In this document: in pieces, positions 53,879-64,000 of the stretch | Position numbering within the stretch: the first letter of the stretch is position 1 | Layout: each line of letters begins with the position of its first letter | Assembly (NCBI GenBank): GCA_905331295.1 | Contig: CAJNYD010000019.1 | Coordinates: forward strand, 62,001-126,000 | Direction: 5' to 3' | Origin: Rotaria socialis | Taxonomy: Eukaryota | Length of the DNA stretch: 64,000 bases | Position numbers and translations under genes: made by a program | The notes under the pieces: generated by a model | Seen by the model: only the letters and a program-made list of their open reading frames with translations | Databases searched by the model: none | Told to the model about the DNA's origin: nothing

Positions 53879-54937
53879 ATGATACTATCAATAAATATAG
53901 TGATTCTCTGCTTAGTAACATGTTTTAGTTATGTTAATGGTGAAGACAAGAGTGAATTTATTATTGATCTAACTCTGCTAATTAATTCACCTGGAAGTAT
54001 TCGTCATCCTGAGAACTTTGAAAAAGCCAAACAAGCATTACACAATAGTGTCAATTGGCTTAACGTTGGTGTTTTAAAAAAGCTGGTGTAGCTCTTATAA
54101 ATTTTGCATTAAATGTATCACTTGTTGATGCTCAAAGTAGAGTATTTGAATTTCAAAAAAAACAGTCCTAGTCAACAATATTGCTGCACTTTAACGAATT
54201 TGTGTAGGAAAAGCTACTGGAAAAGCTTTAATTTTGGCTAAGAAATATGGCGAAATAAATTGTTGAGCTTTAAGTGAAAGAGTTCCACGTGTTTTTGTTA
54301 TATTCACTGATGGTCATAGTAATACAGGTCCAGCAGGAATGCCTGCTACTCAAGCACTACGTGATACACTAATTGAAGGCAGTGCTTTTGCTACAGGTAT
54401 AGGAAACATTGGTCAACAAGGTGAACAAGAATTAACTGCCATTGCTGGTATTACCGGCAATGTTTTGAGCATTGCTTCTTACAGTGATTTGATTTGTGCA
54501 GCGAATGCTATTGCAATACAAATATGTGATTATCCAGCTTCTATCGAACCTAATGTAAGAACTCAAGTTGAAGTAACAGGAAATATAACTCAATATTATA
54601 AAATACACACATCAAACAAAGTGGCTAAAAATACGTTTTTTGAAATCGAGATAAATGATATAGAAGGACAAGTAAGTTTATCAATAACTATTCGTTTAGA
54701 AGAGAGAAAAAAAGAAATTTTTTTTTTAAATTTTAGTCTATTGTACATACGTCGAGAACCGATGGAAAACCAAAATCATTTGCATCAAAAAGTAATAGTA
54801 AACGAACTGTAAGAAGCAACGTCTACACAACATGCGTACCAGCAGATCCACAACATGCCTATTTCAGTGTTCAAATCGTTAAATCAAAAATGTGCAAATC
54901 GAATTTTATTGTCCGTGTAAATTCGTTTGATTCTTAA
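53879..54937 (+). pseudogene. Secreted von Willebrand factor A domain protein, disabled
   Basis: Signal peptide MILSINIVILCLVTCFSYVNG; DLTLLINSPGSI (MIDAS-like), TGKAL, RVPRVFVIFTDGHSN, ATGIG, ELTAIAG; frameshifts and stops between ~54075 and 54270. Confidence 0.75.
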
Positions 54938-55491
54938 AACAGTACATTTAGTTCATAGAATTAATTAAAAGAATAATTCTCCGATGATATTCGAGGACCT
55001 ATTAAGTACTATTGTAGAAAGAAGGGAAAAAGAATTCAAAATTTTATTATGTTAAAAACGACAAGTGTTTATTATCATGTCAATGGAAACGTATGCGTCA
55101 TATAACTCATTGAATGTAGTAATGAAATCAATTATGGAAATTGAATATTGCAAAAGCATCTAGAAATAGAAGATACGCAAAGCTTAGTTCTCTTTTTTTT
55201 TCGTATTCATTTGTTGTCTGTTAATCCGACCAAAATAAATCACTTGTTTTTGTTATTTCTTTTAGACAATTTTACTGCAAAATAAATAATAGTAAAAAGA
55301 GAACTAACATTGCGTGTACTCTTTAACGTGTTCTACTTCTATTACTTTCTTCTTAGGTTCGCTTAGTGGTAAGGATACATGTTTCGAAGAAAGATCAATT
55401 GTATGACTCTCCCTATCAGAAATACAACAATTTCGTAATGGTTCCGACCAAATGAACCGTTAAAAATGATCTTCTTACTTACTTATACGAG

Positions 55492-55934
55492 TAGAGGTGT
55501 AAGCCGAGCGGCTGAGCCGCCACCGCCAATGTTTAGCGAAAAAATCCAGCTGCCACCGATGAATCAAAAGAATTTTTAATCTTCGCACCGTCGTTGCCAT
55601 CAGACCAAAACAGTTCTTAATTTTTAAGCCGCCGCCGCCGTCATATAAGCAGAAATACTAAATTTTTGAATATGTTCGATACTCAGAAACAGTATTTTGG
55701 ATTCTTCTGATCTAACTGTTAATAAGAACGTTCTATATTATCATTTTCCCCTTTTTTGTTACATACTTCTCAAAACTACGAAATTTTTTTAAAATAGCAT
55801 CTAAAAATTTTGATTCGCCGCCGCCGGTGAACCAAAAAAAAATTTATTTTTGAGCTGTCGCCGTCGCCAATGGGCGAAAAATTTTTAAATTGTTGAGTCG
55901 TCGCCACTAACCGAGGCGTTGGCTTACACTTCTA
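55492..55934. mobile_element. hAT-type MITE with gccgccgcc internal repeats
   Basis: 14-bp TIR tagaggtgtaagcc / ggcttacacttcta (1 mismatch); exact 8-bp TSD tatacgag (55484-55491, 55935-55942). Confidence 0.92.
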
Positions 55935-57005
55935 TATACGAGTGCTCTAGAAAAAGCTAATATTAGAAATTGATTTTTACAAATTTCAACTTGAAGATTT
56001 ATTTCCTAAAATCATATTCAATCACAAAAAAAAACAATTACTTACATAAATCAATTATCGGATATATTGCTTAAATTTTCAGTTGAACTTTTGCATTGAA
56101 GCAGACAGCGGTTTGTGTGTTGAGTTTCTTGCAGAAATCTCATTGTCGATGTCAGTTTAGGATTGTGGCATAGGAATTTTATTGTCATGTTAGGTTCTCT
56201 TTGTATTGGCTTGATAATATACTAATTCGAAACATAGAAAGAAGCAATATTAAGTTAATTACTGTCTTATACTGATGATCGTTAAAAGTTTTTTTCACCA
56301 AATGAGACATGTATGTGCTATATTTGAAAGTACAGTTCTTTTTGTTCTTACTATTAATAATTGTTTTTTTTTACGGCCGGAGAATCTATTCTGTTTTATG
56401 AAGAAGTAAGCAATAATTGGAAAAGATTAATATTCGAAACGAGAAACTTTAACGCCATAATTCTACAATAATACTCTACATGTCATTTTACAATTTTTAG
56501 AATTCATCAAATTCTAAGATCTAGATAATAATCGTTCTCATCGGCAAACAATTCTATTAAGTTAAACTCTACTATTCATCGGCTACGGATTACTGAATCT
56601 GATTCTTCTAAGTTTTGATTCTATGCCTTTGTTTCATCGAAATTTTATGAAGACAATGAAATTTAAAAAAATCATTTCTATTTGCAGTCGATCTAAACTA
56701 CAATAAGTCCATCTATAATGAATAGAAATTAGTATCAATGGGAATTTTCTTTAACTATATTTCTATATAAAAAACAATTTCGTAGTCTTATTTTTATATA
56801 CTGATTCGCAAAATTTATATCATTCGATCGAAGAAATAAATCTCTAAAAAAATGAATCAATGAATATACTCTTGTCAAGGTTGTTTCTTCTCTTGTCACG
56901 CTTATTATTGAAAGAAATATATCATGCGCAAATGAAAAATTAATATATGTAATAACCTTGCATATATTTATAGGTCATTTGCAAGAAGAAGTTACATATG
57001 TTTAG

Positions 57006-58490
57006 ATGAAAACTGAGAACGATATACGAGTTGTAGTTATTGGTCATCTTGACGATGAACAATCTATTGAACCAATCAATGAGAAATTAAATGAATATAA
57101 AATTCGTCTTAATGAACAATTAAAAACAATTCCTGAATTATATTCACAAGATGATGATCCCGATTCAGAATATATCGATGGTTTTCGAATGAAATCTCGT
57201 TTTATTAAATCAAATCATCTGTTATCATTTACTAAAGAACAAGATCGCCTTATTGAAATAACAGAGCCAACACGACGTCAATCCTATATTGATATTCATA
57301 AGCATTATCCAATAGGTTCATTTGATTTATGGATATTATCGGCTCGTTTAGAGCATGAATCAATGTCTGTAGATAATTGGTGGCGAGCTTATAAAACATT
57401 AACAGCACCATCAAAAATGAATAGTAAAGAAGAACAGATTCAATTATGTTGTGCGCCTGCTTTTAATCTACCTTTACCAAAACAGATTGCACGTCAAGCA
57501 GCTTGTTTAATAAAATTCTATGAGATGTTTAAAGCAAGTGTATTTTTAAGTGATCGGTCATCATCATCAACAAGTTTTTTATCAAGTATAAGTCATATTA
57601 TTCCAGCTATACAGCTATCATTTCGTCCTAAAATTCTTCAATGGTTTGATGAAAGAATTCACAATCATCAACGTTTAAAATATCTTTTAGATTCTAATTG
57701 TTTATGTCTAGTTGCTTGTGGATCGAAAAAGACTACATTTCGATATGATTTTTCACTGATTGAACTAAAGATTTTTAATCAATTCAATACAAGTGAATGT
57801 CAATTGAATATATTTGTAAAACGATTTGCTGTTAAATATTTAAACTGTTCATTAGATAATTCTTTTCTTCGTACAAGCATTTTATGGATATGTGAAATTC
57901 ATGATCTTGAAAATTATCATAATATATTTGAAGTTTGGGTATCATTTATGCGTGATGTATGTCGAAAACGTTATTTAGCACATTATTTTCTTGAAAATAC
58001 GAATATTTTTGAAGAATATGCTGGTTTAGAAGATACAATTAGTACTTTAAATTATAAAAATATTGATCTATTTATTGACAAACTTGAAGAAAATCTTATT
58101 TTTCCTTATGTCTATCAATATAATGAACGGATGAAAAATTTATTAGAATTTTTCAACAATCTTCCTGTTATAGCTGTCAAAATGAAAACGATCTATAATG
58201 TTATTGTTAAATCACAATTTCCTCGTGCTAACAATTCCCTACATGAAATATGTAGCCTACTTTGTCATTTATCATTTCTAGAAGACGACGATAAAGATCA
58301 TATAATTAGTTTTTGGGATCAACAATGGAGAAAATTATTTATTGATTTCGACCGAGATGATATTGTGCTTCAACAACGACTTGTCGACTATCGCCCAAAT
58401 CAATTAGCACAACACATGACAGAAAGTGTTTTGAAACTTATTCAAATAGATTTAATTCAAATGATTAATTTAATAAAATCAAATATGTAA
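57006..58490 (+). CDS. Mab-21/cGAS-like (cGLR-type) nucleotidyltransferase-fold protein, single coding exon
   Basis: 494-aa uninterrupted ORF with ordered Mab-21 motifs IIPAIQLSFRP, LVACG...FRYDFSLIE, SFLRTSILWICE, LAHYFLENTNIF. Confidence 0.72.
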   Translation: MKTENDIRVVVIGHLDDEQSIEPINEKLNEYKIRLNEQLKTIPELYSQDDDPDSEYIDGFRMKSRFIKSNHLLSFTKEQDRLIEITEPTRRQSYIDIHKHYPIGSFDLWILSARLEHESMSVDNWWRAYKTLTAPSKMNSKEEQIQLCCAPAFNLPLPKQIARQAACLIKFYEMFKASVFLSDRSSSSTSFLSSISHIIPAIQLSFRPKILQWFDERIHNHQRLKYLLDSNCLCLVACGSKKTTFRYDFSLIELKIFNQFNTSECQLNIFVKRFAVKYLNCSLDNSFLRTSILWICEIHDLENYHNIFEVWVSFMRDVCRKRYLAHYFLENTNIFEEYAGLEDTISTLNYKNIDLFIDKLEENLIFPYVYQYNERMKNLLEFFNNLPVIAVKMKTIYNVIVKSQFPRANNSLHEICSLLCHLSFLEDDDKDHIISFWDQQWRKLFIDFDRDDIVLQQRLVDYRPNQLAQHMTESVLKLIQIDLIQMINLIKSNM

Positions 58491-58505
58491 TAAAGAAAAA
58501 GAAAG

Positions 58506-58547
58506 CAACAACAACAACAACAACAACAGCAGCAACGACAACAACAA
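58506..58547. repeat. Imperfect (CAA/CAG)n microsatellite between convergent genes
   Basis: caacaaacaacaacaacaacaacagcagcaacgacaacaacaa. Confidence 0.8.
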
Positions 58548-58630
58548 TAGGACAAGACTAGACTAGTTGGTGCAAAATAAAAATGATATCACATTTGAAA
58601 GGAAAATGAAAATTTATATTTTTATTGAAT

Positions 58631-61600
58631 CTACTCATTTCGAGATTCAGCTAATTTTAATATAATTTGAACATATTTTTGTGTTTTATCAAAATATGTT
58701 TTTGCTTCTTCTTCATAATTTTTTTGTGTTTTCTAAACAAAAGGTGATTTTATAACTATAAGAATGTTTTCTTCAACTATTGAATAATTACTTTCGTTTG
58801 CGATTCATTATCATCAATATTATCAGTATTTTTAAGTAGTGAGGAGGAAAATGTTTCAATACGTTTCAATGCGCCATACATTGCTGTATCAAGACATTTA
58901 ATGCCAACCTATAAGTACAATATGATTATTATTTTATGATATTTTCATGAAGAAAATTTACAAGAAAATCTGCTTTTGTATTTATATTAAATAATGGTGC
59001 TAATCGCGAAAGAGGTTCCCATAAGTTGTTAATTTGACGCATGATTTCCAATGAAATTTCAAGGCATCTTTGTAAACAACGATTTTCAGTTATTTGTTTG
59101 CTATAAGAAAAGAATATATAAAAATTATTCATGTGTACCAGCAAGTTTTCATAGTTCTGGTTGTAACCTCGATGAATCTAATATATTTTCAGTGTAGAGA
59201 AATTTATTAAAGAACTTTATTCGTATCACATAGACAGGATTTCTTTAAAATACTTGTCTTATTTTTCATTGGATTTCCAGCAATTTTTATTTATCTTCTT
59301 TCTTGCGTCCTAATCTTGAGATAAATTACGTTCAGATTGAGTACAATTTTTGTCTATTGATAATTCTCGATGTATCCTTTTTCAAAAACCAAGATTCTCT
59401 CTTAATAACGTCAGATGTTATCAGAATTGCCCGCTGTAGTTTTTTCCCGATTTTAAACTTACAAATGTCTTTCTTCTTCATTAGTTTCTGTCATTTTTTG
59501 CACTGTCATATATGCATTCAGAAGTTCCGTATCAGTATCCACTGTTTCCATTAATGTTTTGGTGGCTGTATGTAATGGTGCAATAATTGCTCGCATTTCT
59601 GGTTCTAATGTTTCCCACTAATGAGTAAAAGAGGAAAAAAATGAATTAAATATATTTAAATGTTTTACTTTTCTCATTCCATATGTAAGTAATGCACACA
59701 TTGTACCAAGTGCTGTGCCAAGTGTTGCTACAAGGGCTGTAACACAACTACCACCAGGCACTAATGCTCGCGCACTAACATGTTTAACTAATTCTTTTAT
59801 TTCCATTGAATTAATCGTATCGTCACGACCTTCACGATCGCGTATAATATATTCAATGATACGTTCTTTGGGTACGAACGGTGCTATAGAATTTAAACCT
59901 AAGCGTTGAATAACTAAACGAAGTTTTTGATCTTCATCAAGAATAAATAAATTTTCTTTTTGAATAAAATAATCTGCAGCCATTAATAATGGTCTCAATG
60001 GTACAAGACCAACTATTTGTGAACCACATAAACCGATATTCAACGATTCAGCTTCGGCTACACATTGTAAATACGCTGCATGTATATTTGTTATTTCAAA
60101 ATCTGTTAAATTAAGTGAAATTTGAGATAAGTTTGCTTCTTCAAGCCACCAACCGAGACCTCGTACAGATTTTAATTTACCGGGCTACGCAACAAAACGA
60201 AAATTGATTTCTTTATTATATTCAGAGTTATTTTGTTTTAATATTTTTACTTCTTCTTTGCTTCGTCCTTCTTCACGAACATTTAATGCAATACGATGAG
60301 CTTGTTCTTTTGTACCAAGTAAATTGATATTGTATGCAATTAAAAATTTTCGTGCACCAACACATGTTGCGCCCCATGTCGGAAGGAATTCAATTGGTCC
60401 TATTTAATAGTTATTTATTTATTTATATATATATAGAAAAAGAAATTGAAATCTTACCAAAATCAGGTTTCCATTCTGATTTTCGAATCTAAATAGAATT
60501 GAATAAAAAATAAACTAATTAGAGGTTAAAACTTCAAACACGATTAATGTAGATTTATTGTTGTAAATAAAGGATTTATGTGAAGTACGATTCACTTTTC
60601 ATTGTTTGGCGCTTCAAAAAATCCAATATGAAAGGTTTTATATGTTATCTACCAAGATGATGATTACTGATGTCATGATAACCAGCGACGATAATGTACT
60701 TTAGTATCTGATCATACAGTCTATACTTAAACCAAGTTGAAAATTAATGTTTGGTAGACTCAGTATTGCACTCTAACTTTAGTGTGTCCTTCATACAGCG
60801 CCTACTAACTGACAAGGAAAAAGCACAGAAATTTTCGATTGTGCTCATTTGTGCTGAGGGGCTTCAAAATATTCAAAGACGGAGATATCTTAAATTTAGT
60901 TATGTTTTTATAATAGTCCTATATAATGCGTGGGTTCTGCGTAGAAATCTAATACACGCTGCGATTGTCAACGCCCTTTCTACGATGTGCATTATGAACT
61001 AAACAAGGAAAAGTTGTTCAGATTTCTATCTGAATACTCCAACAGTTGTTCTAGATCATGTTTGACAACACTTTACTTTGCTATATAGTGCTTCATATTC
61101 TCCTTCACGAATTTGAGATAGATCTCGACGATATTCTTGTTCTTGTGCTTCGCCATATAGATAAACAGGTACGCTAAGTTCCATAGATAAACGATCAGCA
61201 AATTCACGTGCTATCTCGATACAATCAGCCATAGTAGCATTTTGTACCGGTACAAATGGTACTACATCCTAACACAAAATGAATAGAGAAATAAATTTAA
61301 TACATCAATCTAAGAAAATTGTTTTCCTATGTAGTCAGATTCATAGGTAATATTCATTGCTCTTTCCTAGTGAATAAATCAATCACAACTTACCATTGCA
61401 CCGATTCGTGGATGTTCGCCACTATGTTTTGTCATATCAATTAAATTGTACGCAGCTCGACCAGCAGCTAGTGCTGCTTCAATAACTGCTTGTGGATGCC
61501 CAACAAAGGCTAAAAATACAAGAGACAAATAAATTCATTGAATGTAATTATTTATTTATTTTTACTATAAATTGTTCGATTGGTTGACAATCCTGGATCA

Positions 61601-61763
61601 ATATCCAGTAAAGCAACACCTTCAACACCTGCAATAGCATGCGCAATTGTGTCAATAACCTATAAAAAATATAATCATATGGTTGACCTGAATGAAATTT
61701 ATCAATTACCTCTTTTCGTTGGCCTTCGGAAAAATTTGGTACACATTCAATAACTTTTTGCAT
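58631..61763 (-). CDS. FTCD: Formimidoyltransferase-cyclodeaminase (multi-exon, apparently intact)
   Basis: [98 protein letters not shown]; stop TAG at 58633-58631. Confidence 0.95.
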
Positions 61764-63813
61764 ATCGTTTATTAATAAACTTTAATACAACAAAGAAAGG
61801 AAAATAGGTAAAGAAATATAGCAGCTGATGGTGTTACTTTTTGCTGTTGAATTTTTTCCTTTTTTTATTTCCCCTTTTCTGTTGTCGATTGACAAAGACG
61901 TCTATGAAATATACACAATAGTTTCTTTTACTTTTCTGTCGCGTATTACTATGAATCCACAGTTGACGAGAAAGGAAGCTGTACACCCGATGAAAGAACT
62001 ATGTCACAATAGTTGCCAAGTTGCTTTTCACTTTTTTATTTTCTCTCCCTTTCTCCCTCTATTTTGCTCACCACCATTAAAATCATCATCATTTTGTTCA
62101 TGAATGAGAACGCCATAATAACGCTAAAGTAAGAACATTTTTTTTATCGAAGTAAAAATATAAAAGAAAAGAAACAGGGAAAGCAACTGCTGACAATTAT
62201 TGCTTAGAGACGGGTGCTTTTATTACTTTAAAGTATAGGAAAATAACATTTCTTTCATTAAAACTTCCGAGTTTAAAAAAGAAGGAAAGCATTAAATTAT
62301 AGATAATGTTCATAGTTTTATTAATTTAACGGGCATCTATAATTTCTAAACGATCAACCATTCTTGCTTTCAAATATTTTAGTTTTTAATAGCATACTGG
62401 AAAATATTATACTCACGTTTGAAAGATTTTCAGTCAGAACCGATAGAATACTGTTTAATTTCCTTTGAATACGATTTAATAAAAATTTCATTCGATGTAT
62501 ATTACAAACAAGCAAATATGGTGATAGAATTACATCTATTGTATTTCTTTCGTCTAAGAGTAATGTTTGTCTTTTATTTTCAATATGACATAGATGACAA
62601 TGAATAAAATATGTACCCGTTTTTCCTTTTTGTTAAAAGAATATCAATAGAATATAATGGATTTATTCAAGTATCCATTATGCAATCAAGTTAAATTGAC
62701 TAACTTTCATATCGCTAGGTTACATCATTACTTTAAAGAACGATTGCTTATCTATTTTTTGTAATTTGAAACAAATATTTCTTAATTGTGAAAGACATTA
62801 CAAGGTTTATACTTTGATTTCTTTTTCAATTATCAACAGAACAGATGAATTTTGTTGTTCTGTATTCAATGATTTAAAAAACCATATAACGAGACAACTT
62901 ATAATAGCAACAAGAGTTCTATTCAACACGAACAAATGGAACTTTTTTCTCTACTATTTATGTGCATGTGCTCAATTTATTCTGCCACGGTTGGAAAATA
63001 TGCCCGTTGGTTGAAATTAAATTGTAAGGAACAATTAGGTATATCAGGAAAACTAAAGAAAAGCTTGAAATACAAATGAATTTTTTTAGCGAGAAAGCTA
63101 TTTCTGCATTCAACTGTTAAAATGATGTTAATAAAAAGGTGATGAATCATTCCGTACTCGTATCGGCTAGAAAAGTTTGCCGTTAGTAAAGGCTGCTGTT
63201 CAGCACTGTTGATTTTAGGCCAAAGAATAAATCTCAATGAAATACTTATGTATCGATAAATAAAGACTCTAGCGTGACAAGTGTATCGAAAGAAATAACA
63301 ATCCAAAAAAAAACATAACTGGTAATATTTTATTTCTTCCAATTATGTATCTGTATCATGTATTGCTAAATAATCGTAATGGTATAGAAATTCCTTTCAT
63401 AATAAATTAAGTTCAATATTTTATAAGGAATGTTGTGTTGTCTCTATTACTCGGACGAATAAATATCATATCTGTTCTTCAGCACTCAATATAGTTCGAT
63501 TTTATACAAAGATACTTATGTAATTATTAAATATTCAAATTTAGTTTAATTTTAAAAATATTTTAGTCTCTAGATCAGTTATTTTCAAAGGCGAATCGCA
63601 ACAGAAAATATTAATAATCATGAATGATAGCTTATCTTTTAAACCAATTCAGACATTGCTAAGTATTCGAATGATTTCTTAATGTATTGAAGCAATAATG
63701 GAAGTACATTAATCATTGATTAAAATTTCGATTCGTTCAATGCTGCATTTCAATCTGTGTAGCTTCATCATCAATAAGTCTGAAGATCCTTCTGTTGACT
63801 TACCTCAACTTTC

Positions 63814-64000
63814 TTTTTGTGTACTCAAAAATTAAGTACACTAGAATCGGTCAGTGTGTCCGTCCGTCCGTCCGTAGGCACGATAACTTTCGAAAGGAGA
63901 GTCAGATCGTGATGAAATTTTCCACACAGTTCAATCTCATGAATATTTCGGTCGAGTTCGAAGATGAGAAGGATCCGTCAAGAAATGGTTGAGTTATCGA
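63814..64000 (+). mobile_element. Second copy (5' end, cut by window edge) of the DINE-1/HINE-like element
   Basis: tttttgtgtactcaaaaattaagtacactagaatcggtcagtgtgtccgtccgtccgtcc...gagttatcga closely matches the reverse complement of 40153-40342. Confidence 0.85.

Noticed and set aside
61828..63800. Several 60-121 aa ORFs upstream of FTCD
   Set aside because: Phe/Ile-rich chance ORFs in AT-rich DNA; no coherent exon chain found.

Overview
Eukaryotic, AT-rich, gene-dense animal DNA with many ~50-70 nt GT-AG introns. Gene style and the presence of a plant/fungal-type transporter suggest a bdelloid rotifer (inference). Apparently intact genes: 5' part of an actin, a 2-exon unknown gene, COG7 (with an antisense NHL-repeat gene nested in one intron), DRC1, an RRBP1/kinectin-like ER coiled-coil protein, a WS/DGAT-fold protein with an altered catalytic motif, a 494-codon Mab-21/cGAS-like ORF with no canonical active site, and FTCD. 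Five decayed genes are interspersed: an SLC17 transporter, an NTPCR-like NTPase, an OPT oligopeptide transporter (horizontal-transfer candidate) lying antisense inside NTPCR intron 1, a Cys-rich EB/EGF-like membrane protein and a secreted vWA protein. Many non-autonomous DNA transposons are resolvable: a MULE derivative with a FLYWCH remnant, hAT MITEs with 8-bp TSDs, a long-TIR foldback element, CCCATGT-ended MITEs and two copies of a DINE-1/HINE-like Helentron element. All homologies were recognised by eye from motifs; no database searches were run.
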